DNA from: an uncultured Alphaproteobacteria bacterium
Lineage (GTDB): Bacteria; Pseudomonadota; Alphaproteobacteria; JALCBB01
Assembly: GCA_958267355.1 (NCBI GenBank)
Contig: OY279575.1
Coordinates: forward strand, 1,758,295 to 1,822,294
Direction: 5' to 3'
DNA length: 64,000 bases
The notes under the pieces were generated by a model. The model had not been told where the DNA came from. It saw nothing but the letters and a program-made list of their open reading frames with translations, and made no database searches. The number at the start of each line of letters is the position of its first letter. Position 1 is the stretch's first letter. Both the position numbers and the translations under genes were made by a program. Shown piece by piece: positions 37,559-48,294 of the stretch.

Positions 37559-38391
37559 GCCTTTCGCTGCCATCTGCTGCTTCTTCTGAGCGGGCGACTC
37601 CTGCAACGGGCGTACTGTCAGGAGAGCAGACAAAACACAGCGCAAGAAAACAGAGCACAGAAAAACAGGGCGCAGAAAAGCAGGGCGCAGAAAAACACAG
37701 CACAGAAAAACACGGCACAGAAAAACACAGCACAGAAAAACAGAGCGCAACAAAACGCTGCTGCCTAACACGTAACGAACTACCCCGCACCAAAATGGTG
37801 CGCTTTGTTGCTTCTCCCGAAGGTGTGCTGGTGCCAGACCTTGCCGAACGTCTGCCCAGACGCGGAGCTTGGGTAGCCGCAACAAGCCTAGCTAGCGTAG
37901 AGTCGTCAGCACTTGTTTCCGCCTTAAAACGCGCACTCAAAGTGGAGACTCTGCATCCAGAAGTCTGCGGCAAGACGCTTATACAAAATACACAGGTGGC
38001 ATTAACGGCACGCATTCTGTCAGAGCTCGGACTCGCCCGCCGTAGCGGCTTGGTGGTAAGTGGCGAACAGCAAGTGCGGGCAATCGTTCAAGAACGCGGC
38101 GAGCAGGTGCGGATTCTTCTCCAAGCAACAGACGGAGCAGAAGACGGAGTTAACAAAATCGTCCGACTGATGCACCATCGCGCCCAAGACTGCTTGTGCC
38201 TGCAAGTCTTCTCCGCCGAAGAACAGGGACACGCCTTAGGACGCAATAGCGTTGTCCATATAGTTGTTCTGTCGGCTCCTGCCAATCGTAAGTACAATCC
38301 GTCAAGCCGTGGCGAAGATGGCCTGACAAGCCGCCTGAAAACAGACCTGACAAAGCTACAGCTAATCAACCGAGGGCAGAAACATGTCTGA
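37555..38391 (+). CDS. YlxR-like (DUF448) RNA-binding protein with N-terminal 15-bp repeat block and C-terminal extension
   Basis: CCLTRNELPRTKMVRFVASPEGVLVPDLAERLPRRGAWV motif. Conserved nusA-ylxR-infB position. Repeats KQGAEKQGAEKHSTEKHGTEKHSTEKQ at ~37652-37760. Confidence 0.7.
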   Translation: MSLSLPSAASSERATPATGVLSGEQTKHSARKQSTEKQGAEKQGAEKHSTEKHGTEKHSTEKQSATKRCCLTRNELPRTKMVRFVASPEGVLVPDLAERLPRRGAWVAATSLASVESSALVSALKRALKVETLHPEVCGKTLIQNTQVALTARILSELGLARRSGLVVSGEQQVRAIVQERGEQVRILLQATDGAEDGVNKIVRLMHHRAQDCLCLQVFSAEEQGHALGRNSVVHIVVLSAPANRKYNPSSRGEDGLTSRLKTDLTKLQLINRGQKHV

Positions 38392-41200
38392 TACTCTCTC
38401 GGATAAAAAGGCAGACAAAAAAGCCAAAGACGCGGACGAAAAAGAAACAAAACCCGCCCGCACAGCAGGCGGCAAACTAAAACTTTCAGCGCGTTCTGAA
38501 ACAGGACAGATTACGCAATCGTTTAGCCGCAATCGCACTAAAACAGTCCAGGTTGAGGTTAAGCGACGCACCGCCGCCAAGCCAAAGACAACTGCAAAAG
38601 CAACGGCAAAAACAGCAAGCAAAGCGGAAGCAAAAACTGCGTCCAAGACAGCGGCGAAGGGTACAGCTAAGGCAACTGCAAAGGCGGCAACGAAAACCAG
38701 TCCGCGCACAGGAGAAACAACAACGCGGTCAGGCTCCACCAGTCAGCGTGTGCGGGAAGCCCAAGCAAGTGCAAGCGCAGGGGGCTTGCTGGCTTCCGAA
38801 CAGACCGCTCGCCAACGAGCCGTAGAACAAGCCCGCGTCCGTGAGCAAGAACGCGCCCGCGAACAGGCGGCAAAGATTGCCAAAGTTGCGCGGGAGAAAA
38901 ACATTGTCTCCAAGGAAGAAAAAGTCGCAAATGCACCTGCACCTGCGTCTGCTCCTGAGGCGAAAGGCAATACGGGGCGGATGGTACGCCCATCAGTGGT
39001 GCGCACACGAGCAGAAGCACAGGCTGATGAACGCGCCGCCACGCGTTCGGCTTCGGCACGAGCGGCTTCTACGCGCACGGCGACTCGTCCGCCACGGGCG
39101 GGGCGGGGTGCGGCTGGAGAAACCCGTCCGCAAGGGCAAGCCCGCCCACAAGGGCAAGCCCGTCCGCAAGGACAAGACGGACAAACCACCAAGCCCCGCG
39201 AAGAAACAGAGTCGCGTCCTGCCAAGAGCAAGCGCAAGTCCGCTAAGGGGCCTGGTGGTGCGAAAAAGCGTGACGAGCCGCGTCGCCGTCAAGGCAAGCT
39301 GACAATCGCCCAAGCCCTTGAGGGAGAAGATTACGAAAATCGTATGCGCTCGCTCGCTGCGGTGCATCGCAAACGCGAGCGTGAGAAACGCGACTCGCTA
39401 GAACGCCTGCAGGGTGGAGCCGCAAAAGTTGTCCGTGAAGTGATTGTTCCCGAGACGATTGAAGTGCAAGAACTGGCTTCGCGTATGGCAGAGCGGGTAG
39501 ATGATGTTTTATTGCAGTTGCAACGGCTGGGTATGCGCGTGTCGGCTGAAGATGTAATTGATGCTGATACTGCAGAGCTGGTGGTTTCAGAATACCGCCA
39601 CAGAATTCGCCGCGTGACAGCACTGGATGTTGAAGAAGGCTTAGAGGGAGAAGAAGATAAATCTGAAGATTTAGTTGCGCGTCCGCCTGTGGTGACGGTG
39701 ATGGGGCATGTGGACCACGGCAAAACTTCTTTGCTGGATGCAATCCGCCGTAGCGACCAAGCCGACAAAGAAGCGGGTGGGATTACCCAGCATATCGGTG
39801 CGTCTTTTGTTGAGCTCAAGGGTGGGCGGCAGCTGTGTTTTATTGACACGCCTGGCCATATGGCGTTTACGGCTTTGCGGGCGCGTGGAGCGAATGTGAC
39901 CGATATTGTCATTCTGGTGGTGTCAGGAGAAGACAGCGTGATGGAGCAAACCCGTGAAGCCTACGACCATGCCAAGGCGGCGGGAGCTACGATAATTGTC
40001 GCGGTGAATAAGATGGACAGACCACAGGCGGATTTGAATCGTGTGAAGAATGATTTGCTGGCTTTGGGGATTGTTCCTGAAGATATGGGCGGAGAAGTAC
40101 AAGTCGTGCCAACCAGTGCCAAGACAGGAGACGGAGTAGAAGATTTGCTTGAAGCCGTGTTTTTACAGGGAGAGCTTTTGGCGTTGAAAGCCAATCCGAA
40201 GCGTGATGGGCAGGGTGTGATTTTGGAAGCCAGCTTAGAGCAGGGGCGTGGAGCGGTGGCTACGGTCTTGGTGCGGAATGGTACTTTGAAGGTAGGGCAG
40301 AACTGTATCGCGGGGCGGCAGTTTGGACGGGTACGGGCTTTGACTGATTGGCGGGGCAAGCGGGTCAAGGAAGCGACTCCTGCAATGCCTGTTGAGATGA
40401 TCGGCTTGGACGATGCACCCGAAGCGGGCGATGGTCTGCTGGTTTTGGAAAGCGAGCAACGCTGTCGGGAAATTGCTGAAACGCGGCGTGAACGCTATCG
40501 CCAGCAGACGATTGCTGCATCGGCGCGTTCTGACCCTGAAGATGTGGAAGATTTGCTCCGCCGTATGGAGCAACAAGACAATGAGACTCCTGTTTTGAAC
40601 TTTGTGCTGAAAAGCGATGTACGTGGCTCGGCGGAAGCGGTGAAAGCGGGGCTAGAAAAATTGTCGGGTGATGAAGTGGAAGTGCGTATCTTGCATAGCG
40701 GAATTGGCGGAATAAAAGAGTCAGATATTCTGCTGGCGAAAACGACAGGGGCTTCAATTTTTGGATTTAATGTGCGGGCGACTCCGCCTGCTCGTGCCCT
40801 TGCCGAGAAGGAAAAAATCACCCTGCAGTACTACAAAACGATTTACGAGCTGTTAGATGATGCCAAGGCGGCGGTGGAAGGTAAGCTTGCACCTGAGAGT
40901 CGCGAGCAGTCTTTGGGTGAAGCTGAAGTGCGTGAAGTTTTTGATATCACGCGCCACGGTCGCGTTGCGGGTTGTCAGGTACTAGAAGGAGTCATTCGCC
41001 GCAATGCACGGGCACGGGTGGTGCGGAGCGGTGAAATTCTGCACGATGGCAAGTTGCGTTCGTTGCGGCGATTTAAAGACGAAGCGGGTGAAGTGCGTCA
41101 AGGTTTGGAATGCGGCTTGAGCTTGGAGAACTTCCAAGACTTTGCGGCGGGTGACCGCATAGAGTGCTATGAGGTACAAGAAGTCGCGCGTAGCCTTTGA
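38384..41200 (+). CDS. infB: Translation initiation factor IF-2 (N-terminal region contains several in-frame repeat blocks)
   Basis: VVTVMGHVDHGKTSLLDAIR..DTPGHMAFTALRARGANVTDIVILVV..NKMD G-domain. Repeats AKATAKTASKAEAKTASK.. (~38590-38700) and RPQGQARPQGQARPQGQ (~39125-39175). Confidence 0.95.
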   Translation: MSDTLSDKKADKKAKDADEKETKPARTAGGKLKLSARSETGQITQSFSRNRTKTVQVEVKRRTAAKPKTTAKATAKTASKAEAKTASKTAAKGTAKATAKAATKTSPRTGETTTRSGSTSQRVREAQASASAGGLLASEQTARQRAVEQARVREQERAREQAAKIAKVAREKNIVSKEEKVANAPAPASAPEAKGNTGRMVRPSVVRTRAEAQADERAATRSASARAASTRTATRPPRAGRGAAGETRPQGQARPQGQARPQGQDGQTTKPREETESRPAKSKRKSAKGPGGAKKRDEPRRRQGKLTIAQALEGEDYENRMRSLAAVHRKREREKRDSLERLQGGAAKVVREVIVPETIEVQELASRMAERVDDVLLQLQRLGMRVSAEDVIDADTAELVVSEYRHRIRRVTALDVEEGLEGEEDKSEDLVARPPVVTVMGHVDHGKTSLLDAIRRSDQADKEAGGITQHIGASFVELKGGRQLCFIDTPGHMAFTALRARGANVTDIVILVVSGEDSVMEQTREAYDHAKAAGATIIVAVNKMDRPQADLNRVKNDLLALGIVPEDMGGEVQVVPTSAKTGDGVEDLLEAVFLQGELLALKANPKRDGQGVILEASLEQGRGAVATVLVRNGTLKVGQNCIAGRQFGRVRALTDWRGKRVKEATPAMPVEMIGLDDAPEAGDGLLVLESEQRCREIAETRRERYRQQTIAASARSDPEDVEDLLRRMEQQDNETPVLNFVLKSDVRGSAEAVKAGLEKLSGDEVEVRILHSGIGGIKESDILLAKTTGASIFGFNVRATPPARALAEKEKITLQYYKTIYELLDDAKAAVEGKLAPESREQSLGEAEVREVFDITRHGRVAGCQVLEGVIRRNARARVVRSGEILHDGKLRSLRRFKDEAGEVRQGLECGLSLENFQDFAAGDRIECYEVQEVARSL

Positions 41201-41777
41201 TGCGGTGAGTCCGCATCGGGTTTCTGGTGGCGCGGAGAGACATACGGTTTCTGACGCGGCGCGGGCGGCTTCGGGTCTTGTCCAACGCAAGGGAGCGCAG
41301 GGTGTGCGCAATCGGCGGCTGGCGATGCTGGTGCGTGAGGCTTTGGGTGAAGTTTTTGCGCGTCCTGAAGTTTTGCGCGCTCCCTTGTTGGAGCAAGCCC
41401 GTCTGACGGTCACCGAAGTGGATTTGTCTCCTGATTTGTCTTTGGCGCGGGTGAAGCTTTTGCCCTTGGCGGCTTCTTTGGGCGATGCTTGGGATGCAAA
41501 AACCATTGCGGCATTGGAAGCCGAACTTGCCGAGGCGACTCCGCGGGTGCGCAAGGCGCTTTCTGAACGCGTGGAGTTGAAACGCACCCCGCGTCTAGAC
41601 CTGCGCTATGACCGCCATCGCTTAGAAGCGCAAGATATGGAAGCCAAGCTGGCGCAAAGAAGTTTGGCACGAAGCCAAGAAACCGCTCGCCAAGATGCGG
41701 ATAAAAATACAGATGAAAATACAGGCGAAGGCACAAGTGAAGGTATAAGTGAAGGTGCAGGTGAAGATAGCAGGTGA
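41169..41777 (+). CDS. rbfA: Ribosome-binding factor A (start likely downstream, ~41300) with repeat-encoded acidic tail
   Basis: RRLAMLVREALGEVFAR..LTVTEVDLSPDLSLARV..ELKRTPRLDLRYD. Confidence 0.8.
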   Translation: MRYKKSRVAFDAVSPHRVSGGAERHTVSDAARAASGLVQRKGAQGVRNRRLAMLVREALGEVFARPEVLRAPLLEQARLTVTEVDLSPDLSLARVKLLPLAASLGDAWDAKTIAALEAELAEATPRVRKALSERVELKRTPRLDLRYDRHRLEAQDMEAKLAQRSLARSQETARQDADKNTDENTGEGTSEGISEGAGEDSR

Positions 41778-41842
41778 AGGTGCAGGTGAAGATAGCAGGT
41801 GAAGGTGCAAGCGAAGGCGCAAGCGCAGATGCAGGCGAGCGA
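41704..41842. repeat. Tandem 12-15-bp repeats (GGTGAAGGTGCAGGTGAAGATAGCA) spanning the rbfA 3' end and the rbfA-truB junction
   Basis: Direct reading. Confidence 0.75.
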
Positions 41843-42812
41843 TAAGGCTAAACAGTCTGTGCGCAGACGCATAGATGGCTGGCTCGTCTTAGACAAGCCG
41901 CAGAACTTAACTTCTACGGCAGCTTTAGGAGCCGCAAAGCGATTGTTGTCGGCAAAGAAAGGCGGACATAGCGGCACATTAGATCCACTGGCAACGGGGG
42001 TTTTGCCTTTGGCATTCGGACAAGCGACAAAAACTGTGCCTTGGGTGATGGCGAGTGAGAAGACCTATCGTTTTACGGTGCGTTGGGGCGTTGAAACCGA
42101 TACGGACGATGCAGAAGGCAAAGTTGTCCGCGAGTCGGATTTGCGTCCGTCTCGGGCGGCGATTGAAAAGGCTTTGGTTAATTTTCGCGGACAGGTACGG
42201 CAGGTGCCGCCTGCTTTTTCGGCTTTGAAGTTAGCAGGAGTCCGTGCCTATGACCTAGCCCGCAGTGGAAAGACTCCTGACTTACCCGAACGCACTGTGT
42301 CGGTTTTTGCTTTTGACTTGCTGGAAGCCTTGCCTGACCAAGCTGAGTTTATCGTTCGTTGTGGCAGTGGTACTTATGTGCGGGCTTTGGCGCGTGATCT
42401 GGGGCGTGACTTACATTGTTTGGGCCATATCACGGCTCTACGCCGCACAGCGGTGGGGGGCTTTGGCGAAGCGGATGCAATCAGCTTAGACAGGCTTTCC
42501 GAACTTAGCGATGCAGACTCGGCTGAAGCGGTGCTTTTGCCTGTGGCGGCGGGCTTGTCTTCTTTGCCTTCACTGGTCTTAGACGCCCCCGCCGCCACAC
42601 GCCTTACCAACGGACAAACAGTAGAGCTAGCCTCTAAAGCACTCCAGCCAGAAGGCGCGACAGAAGCTCTAGCAGAAGCTCTAAAAGACGGCACTACAAT
42701 CGCAGTCTTTACCAATGGCACGGCTGGCAAAGCTGGGGGTTTACTGGCAATCGCCGAGTCAAGCCAAGGCCTTCTAAAACCCCTAAAACTCTTCCCCTTG
42801 CCCCAGAAGTAG
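41799..42812 (+). CDS. truB: tRNA pseudouridine(55) synthase TruB (start probably Met at ~41829)
   Basis: DGWLVLDKPQNLTSTAALGAAKRLL..GHSGTLDPLATGVLPLAFGQATK. Confidence 0.9.
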   Translation: MKVQAKAQAQMQASDKAKQSVRRRIDGWLVLDKPQNLTSTAALGAAKRLLSAKKGGHSGTLDPLATGVLPLAFGQATKTVPWVMASEKTYRFTVRWGVETDTDDAEGKVVRESDLRPSRAAIEKALVNFRGQVRQVPPAFSALKLAGVRAYDLARSGKTPDLPERTVSVFAFDLLEALPDQAEFIVRCGSGTYVRALARDLGRDLHCLGHITALRRTAVGGFGEADAISLDRLSELSDADSAEAVLLPVAAGLSSLPSLVLDAPAATRLTNGQTVELASKALQPEGATEALAEALKDGTTIAVFTNGTAGKAGGLLAIAESSQGLLKPLKLFPLPQK

Positions 42813-42926
42813 CGTGAGAAGTGGCGTGGTGTTTGTCTGTGCTTACCCTTGACGGGTTGGCGGGGGTGTGGCACAAATGGGGGGAACGAACAACAGAAAT
42901 AAAGACAGAGAGAAAGAAACACAGGG

Positions 42927-43190
42927 ATGAGCCATCCTGACAAGCGAGCGATCATCGATGAATATCGCTCCGCCAGTGCGGACACAGGATCACCAGAAGT
43001 GCAAATCGCGCTTTTTACGCATCGTATCCGCCATTTGACTGAGCATCTGAAAATCAACAAAACCGACCACGCATGCCGACGCTCGCTACTCAAGCTCGTC
43101 GGTCGCCGTAGGCGGTTGCTGGCATACCTGCGGCGTGAAGACGCAGAACGACACAGCAAGTTGATCGAGAAGCTGGGACTACGCGGTTAG
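42927..43190 (+). CDS. rpsO: 30S ribosomal protein S15
   Basis: [50 protein letters not shown]. Confidence 0.95.
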   Translation: MSHPDKRAIIDEYRSASADTGSPEVQIALFTHRIRHLTEHLKINKTDHACRRSLLKLVGRRRRLLAYLRREDAERHSKLIEKLGLRG

Positions 43191-43295
43191 TCAGCAGCTT
43201 GGCTTGCGCGGCTTGTCCGCGTCCTGAAACAGAGAAAACACAACGAGCCACGCTACGGCACTCCTGTGCGGAGGGCTTGTCGCGTTGCTTCGCTA

Positions 43296-43430
43296 ACCAC
43301 ACGCAAACCACGCGCAAATCACGCGCACAACACACACGCAAATCACGCGCACAACACACGCGCACAACACACACGCAAACCACACGCACAAATCACGCGT
43401 ACAACACACACACGCACAACACGCGCACGC
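43296..43430. repeat. Minisatellite (CACGCGCACAACACACACGCAAAT-like ~22-bp units) in the rpsO-pnp intergenic region / pnp leader
   Basis: Direct reading. Confidence 0.8.
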
Positions 43431-43559
43431 TTGAGTCGTTTGTTCTAGGTAAGGCTTTGCCTTAAGAGCCGAAGACTTGTAGCGCAGACTTCAACACAGA
43501 CTCCAACGGGGACAAACAAAATCCCCGCAGGGAATAAAAAAGGAATACGGAGAACAAAA

Positions 43560-45794
43560 ATGTTTCAAATCCACAAAGAAACTACCGAGTGGGCAGGACG
43601 CACACTTACCCTAGAAACAGGACACATCGCTCGCCAAGCCGATGGTGCAGTCGTTGCAACCTATGGCGATACAATTGTTTTGGCAACGGCGGTGGGGGCA
43701 CGGACTCCGCGGGCGGATTTAGATTTCTTTCCGCTGACGGTGCATTACCAAGAGAAAAGCTACGCCGCAGGAAAAATTCCAGGCGGATTCTTCAAACGCG
43801 AAGGTAGGCCAACAGAAAAGGAAACTTTAACTTCGCGGTTGATTGACAGGCCAATTCGTCCGCTGTTTCACAAGGACTACAAAAACGAAACCCAGGTCAT
43901 CGCCACCGTGCTAAGCCACGACCAGGAGAATGATCCTGATATTGTGGCGATGATTGCGGCTTCGGCGGCTTTGACTTTGTCGGGTATGCCGTTCTTGGGG
44001 CCAATCGGAGCCGCACGAGTCGGCTATCGTGATGGCGAGTACTTGATTAATCCGACTTTGGCTGACCGTGAAGACACCAAGCTGGACTTGGTGCTCGCTG
44101 GCACAGCAGAAGGCGTGTTGATGGTAGAAAGTGAAGCCCACGAGCTGTCTGAAGATGTAATGCTGGGGGCAGTGCTTGCGGGGCACGAGTCTATGCAGTC
44201 TGTGCTGGATGCCATTCGCCGTCTTGCCGAGTCAGCGGCAAACGAGCCATGGGAGTTAACGCCACCGCCAGCCCGTAAAGCCGAGCTGGCGGAAGCTTTG
44301 GCGGCAAGCTGGGCAAATCCGTTGCGTGAAGCCTATGCCATCGTGGATAAGCTCGCCCGCCGCGATGCCATCGCCACGGTCAAGGAGCAAGCGAAAGAAG
44401 CCCTTGCCACCCAAGAAGGAGACGAAACGCTTTTCTCGGGTGTGTTTAAGGCTTTGGAAGCAGATCTTGTCCGCCGTGCGATCTTGGATAAAAAAGTGCG
44501 CATTGACGGACGCAAAACTGATGAAGTTCGTGAAATCGTTTGCGAAGCGGGAATTTTGCCGCGTTCGCATGGCTCGGCACTTTTTACGCGGGGTGAAACG
44601 CAAGCCCTTGTCACCGCCACGCTCGGCACAGGACAAGACGAGCAGATTGTTGATGGTTTGGCAGAAAACTATCGCGAGTCGTTTATGCTGCACTATAACT
44701 TTCCGCCTTACTCGGTGAACGAGACGGGGCGTATGTTAAGCCCTGGTCGGCGTGAAATCGGACACGGTAAGTTGGCGTGGCGGGCAGTGCATCCGTTGCT
44801 GCCTGAGAAGGAAGATTTTCCCTATACCTTGCGGATTGTTTCGGAAATTACCGAGTCCAATGGCTCGTCTTCTATGGCGACTGTCTGCGGGACTTCGCTT
44901 GCCTTGATGGATGCAGGGGTACCGTTGAAAAGTCCTGTGGCGGGAATTGCTATGGGCTTGATTTCTGAAAGCGATGGCTTTGCTGTCCTGTCGGATATTC
45001 TGGGCGACGAAGACCATCTGGGCGATATGGACTTCAAAGTCGCTGGCACAGCCGAAGGAATTACTTCCCTGCAGATGGATATTAAAATTACTTCCATCAC
45101 GCCCGAGATTATGCGTACTGCTTTGGCTCAAGCCCACGGTGGGCGGATTCATATCTTAGAGAAGATGAACGAAGCTTTAGAAAGTCCGCGTGAAGAAATG
45201 TCGGATTTTGCTCCGAAGATGGAAACGCTCGTTGTCGCCAAAGAAAAAATACGCGATATCATTGGCACAGGCGGTAAGGTAATCCGTGAGCTTTGTGAGA
45301 CCACGGGTACCAAGATTGAAGTGGATGATGAAGGCGTGGTTAAGGTGGCGGCTCCTGATGGCAACGCGGTGGCGGAAGCGGTGGCGCGAATCCAAGCCAT
45401 TGTCGCCGAGCCCGAGCTGCACGAAGTCTATGACGGGAAAGTCGTGAAGATTATGGATTTCGGTGCCTTCGTGAATTTCCTTGGTGCTAAGGATGGGCTG
45501 GTGCATATCTCGCAACTTGTCCCCGAGCGGGTTGAGTCGGTGGAAGATATTGTCTCAGAAGGAGACCAAGTCAAAGTGCAGGTTATTGGCTTTGACGATC
45601 GGGGGCGGGTTAAGCTTTCTATGCGGACCGTAGACCAAGAAACGGGCGAAGTCGTGGAAGATCCGCCACCGCCGCCATCTAGAGACCGCGAACGGCGGGG
45701 CGGCGGACGCGACGATAGACGCGATGATAGGCGGGGCGGCAATCGCGGACGCGATGGCGGAGACAGGCGCAGGAGTCGCCCGCGTTATGACTAA
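43560..45794 (+). CDS. pnp: Polyribonucleotide nucleotidyltransferase (PNPase), with Arg/Asp/Gly-rich C-terminal tail
   Basis: [32 protein letters not shown].., two RNase PH domains, KH and S1. Confidence 0.95.
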   Translation: MFQIHKETTEWAGRTLTLETGHIARQADGAVVATYGDTIVLATAVGARTPRADLDFFPLTVHYQEKSYAAGKIPGGFFKREGRPTEKETLTSRLIDRPIRPLFHKDYKNETQVIATVLSHDQENDPDIVAMIAASAALTLSGMPFLGPIGAARVGYRDGEYLINPTLADREDTKLDLVLAGTAEGVLMVESEAHELSEDVMLGAVLAGHESMQSVLDAIRRLAESAANEPWELTPPPARKAELAEALAASWANPLREAYAIVDKLARRDAIATVKEQAKEALATQEGDETLFSGVFKALEADLVRRAILDKKVRIDGRKTDEVREIVCEAGILPRSHGSALFTRGETQALVTATLGTGQDEQIVDGLAENYRESFMLHYNFPPYSVNETGRMLSPGRREIGHGKLAWRAVHPLLPEKEDFPYTLRIVSEITESNGSSSMATVCGTSLALMDAGVPLKSPVAGIAMGLISESDGFAVLSDILGDEDHLGDMDFKVAGTAEGITSLQMDIKITSITPEIMRTALAQAHGGRIHILEKMNEALESPREEMSDFAPKMETLVVAKEKIRDIIGTGGKVIRELCETTGTKIEVDDEGVVKVAAPDGNAVAEAVARIQAIVAEPELHEVYDGKVVKIMDFGAFVNFLGAKDGLVHISQLVPERVESVEDIVSEGDQVKVQVIGFDDRGRVKLSMRTVDQETGEVVEDPPPPPSRDRERRGGGRDDRRDDRRGGNRGRDGGDRRRSRPRYD

Positions 45795-45796
45795 CA

Positions 45797-46015
45797 CGGC
45801 TCTATAAGCCGCTTAACACGGCTCTACCGAGTTATGATTAAAGCGGCTCTACGGGGCGATTAGCCTATTCTCTCCGCGTTATGACTAATACGGCTCCACA
45901 GGGCGATTAGCGTGGCTCTACCGAGTTATGATTAAAGCGGCTCCACGGGGCGATTAGCGTGGCTCTGCCGAGTTATGATTAAAGCGGCTCCACAGAGCGA
46001 TTAGCGTGGCTCTGA
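45797..46015. repeat. ~46-bp minisatellite x ~4-5 (GGGCGATTAGCGTGGCTCTACCGAGTTATGATTAAAGCGGCTCCAC) directly after the pnp stop
   Basis: Direct reading. Confidence 0.85.
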
Positions 46016-46043
46016 AGCCCGCTTTGAAGCCCAACCCAAAGCG

Positions 46044-46073
46044 AAGCCCCCGCCCAAAAGCGGGGGCTTTATA
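46044..46073 (+). terminator. Rho-independent terminator after pnp
   Basis: GCCCCCG-cccaaaag-CGGGGGC hairpin followed by TTTAT. Confidence 0.55.
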
Positions 46074-46261
46074 CTTGCTGTTTGCGATTCTAATCAGGGT
46101 ATAATTGCGCCGATTCGTTTTTCCGCCAAATCGCGACTCCAAATCGCGACTCCAGCGAGTCGCCAACAGGCGGGGAAATGAAATCAGAAATGGAAGCTCG
46201 GGAGATTAAACTCCCAAAGAAGCCACACAGGAAATCAAGGGGGAATCAAGGGGGAAACGCT

Positions 46262-46657
46262 ATGTCCGAAGAAAACAACGCAGGCAGCTCGCCAATGAAC
46301 AAAGCCGCAGAGCTGCTCACCATCAAAGGAATGCCAAGCGTGGTCTGGCTGGTGCCTGCACTTATCCTGCTTATCGCTTGCGTGCCAACCGAGTGGGCAA
46401 GCTGGTACTACGAAACCCTGCGTTGGGTTTCGTCTCTGTGCTTCCTTTCCATCATCGCCGCTGAGTGGCGGGTTAAGACCGCAGAACGCACACCATGGAT
46501 TCTGCTCTATGTCTTTTTGCTGGTGATTTTCAATCCGTTTTATGTGATGTCTTTTGAAGTTCAGGCGCACTGGATCATGATGGATGTACTGGGGATTGTG
46601 ATCTTGCTGATACACTGGCTGGAAGTCCGCCGCGAAAGAAAGACAGAAATGGCGTGA
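46262..46657 (+). CDS. Small integral membrane protein of unknown function (3-4 predicted TM helices; start at Met29 of ORF 46178..46657)
   Basis: Hydrophobic segments VVWLVPALILLIACV, WVSSLCFLSIIAA, ILLYVFLLVIFNPFYVM, IMMDVLGIVILLIHW. Confidence 0.4.
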   Translation: MSEENNAGSSPMNKAAELLTIKGMPSVVWLVPALILLIACVPTEWASWYYETLRWVSSLCFLSIIAAEWRVKTAERTPWILLYVFLLVIFNPFYVMSFEVQAHWIMMDVLGIVILLIHWLEVRRERKTEMA

Positions 46658-46664
46658 AGGGGCT

Positions 46665-46960
46665 GAAAGGCACTAGAAGCCGCTAGAAGTCGCTAGAAGC
46701 CACCAGAAGCCACTAGAAGTCGCTAGAAGCCACTAGAGCCACTGGGAAGCACCAGAAGGCACATAGAATCGCCAGAAGGGGTATTGCGGCACCAGAAGGG
46801 CTAAAAGCCACCAGAAGCCGCTAGAAGCCACCAGAGCCACTGGGAAGCACCAGAAGGCACATAGAATCGCCAAAAGGGGATATACGGCACCAGAAGGGCT
46901 AAAAGCCATCAGAAGCCACTAGAAAGCACTAGAAGGGGTTTAGAAGGCACAGACAGCCAC
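46665..46960. repeat. Tandem ~10-bp repeats (CACTAGAAGC / CACCAGAAGC) with an internal ~120-bp duplication
   Basis: Direct reading. Confidence 0.8.
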
Positions 46961-47011
46961 GCCCCACCGCTCAAAGTCCGTTAGGGCTTTACCTATCGCT
47001 TAGGGGCTTGC

Positions 47012-47635
47012 CTATGGCGTGTGCGATTTCGCCCGCCATTTCTGCTTGCGTAGAGTCAAATAAAATGCACCTGCTCCGCCGTGGTGCGGATAGGCTTCTT
47101 GCCAAGCAATCACCCAAGCCGCGTTGTCAGGCCGTTCAAGCCATTTCGGAAGCTCACGGCGGATTGCACCCTGCGGTCTGCCATCTGCGTCTCTCCCTTG
47201 CCCTGTGACAACAAGCACAAGCCGCGTACCATCCGTGGCGTGAGCTTGAATAAAAACTTCTAACTGCCGCTCGGCTTCGGCTAGGGTTTTGGCGTGTAGG
47301 TCTAGTTTTGCTCCTACAGGCTTGCGGCGGTTTTTTAAGTCGCGGTCTAGTTGGCGGCTGAGTCCGTAGTTTGGCTTGGGCGGAAACTGCGGCTTAACGG
47401 GTTTCGGTGCGGGCGCAACTTGGCGGGGCTTTGTGGCTTTTCCTTTTACGCCTTTTGTGGCTTGTGGCTTGTCTGGTGGCTTGGCTTGTTGTTTAGGCTT
47501 GGCAGGGGCTTTAGCCAGCGGGGTTTTGCGCCCCTTCAGGGGGCGGGTTTCACGCCGCACCCTGTCCCAAAGTGCTTGGCTGTCTTCTTGGGCTTCTGTG
47601 GGGCTTAGAGTGGGCTGTGGCGCACGTTTAGACAC
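47012..47635 (-). CDS. Smr-domain protein (MutS2 C-terminal-like)
   Basis: AKLDLHAKTLAEAERQLEVFIQAHATDGTRLVLVVTGQGR.. Smr motif. Proline/lysine-rich N-terminal half. Confidence 0.7.
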   Translation of the reverse strand: MSKRAPQPTLSPTEAQEDSQALWDRVRRETRPLKGRKTPLAKAPAKPKQQAKPPDKPQATKGVKGKATKPRQVAPAPKPVKPQFPPKPNYGLSRQLDRDLKNRRKPVGAKLDLHAKTLAEAERQLEVFIQAHATDGTRLVLVVTGQGRDADGRPQGAIRRELPKWLERPDNAAWVIAWQEAYPHHGGAGAFYLTLRKQKWRAKSHTP

Positions 47636-47637
47636 AA

Positions 47638-48294
47638 CTATACCCGTTCAGACAAGCGAATTGCCGCTTTGGTGATTCCGCGAATCGCAAAACGTAAGGC
47701 AGGGTAGCCCGTAGCTTCTTCTCCGCCACTGGCACGGGCAGTTTCGCGGTGTGCCGCTTCTTCTTCCGCAAACCGCGCTAGCTTCTGGCGTAAGGCAGGA
47801 CTTCCCGTAGCACTTTTCTCTAAAGCTTCCACCTGGTCGGCGTAGTGCCCTTCAATGACTTCTTCCACGGCAATCGTGCAAGCCATCGCCGCCTTGGCTC
47901 CAAGCAAGCCTGTTGTGGCTCCTAGCAACCAGCCGCCGATATGCCACGCAGGTTGCAAAGCTGTCGGACGCACCCGCTCCTGATGTAGCAGTTGATTAAA
48001 GGCTTCTAGGTGTTCGCGTTCTTGCTCTAGCATTTCGCGCACGGTCGCTAGAGTTTCTGCATCCGCCGCTCCGCTTTTTTCTAGAGCCGCGAGTTGCCCT
48101 TCGTAGATCCGTTGGGCTCCGTATTCGCCCGCATGATCAACCCGCAAAGCACGGGCTAGGGCTGGCTCGGCTTTTTGGCGTGGGGCTTTGTCCGTTGCTT
48201 TCTTTCTGGGCTTCTTTTTGGACTTTGTAGCCTTGCTTGTAGTCTTGCCCGTGGTTTTGCTTGTGGTTTTGCTTGTGGTTTTGCGTTGGGTCAC
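47638..48294 (-). CDS. coq7: Demethoxyubiquinone hydroxylase Coq7-family di-iron protein, with repeat-encoded basic N-terminal extension (TTSKTTSKTTGKTTSK)
   Basis: LRVDHAGEYGAQRIYEGQLA..EQEREHLEAF..EEEAAHRE ferritin-like E-x-x-H motifs. Confidence 0.75.
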   Translation of the reverse strand: MTQRKTTSKTTSKTTGKTTSKATKSKKKPRKKATDKAPRQKAEPALARALRVDHAGEYGAQRIYEGQLAALEKSGAADAETLATVREMLEQEREHLEAFNQLLHQERVRPTALQPAWHIGGWLLGATTGLLGAKAAMACTIAVEEVIEGHYADQVEALEKSATGSPALRQKLARFAEEEAAHRETARASGGEEATGYPALRFAIRGITKAAIRLSERV

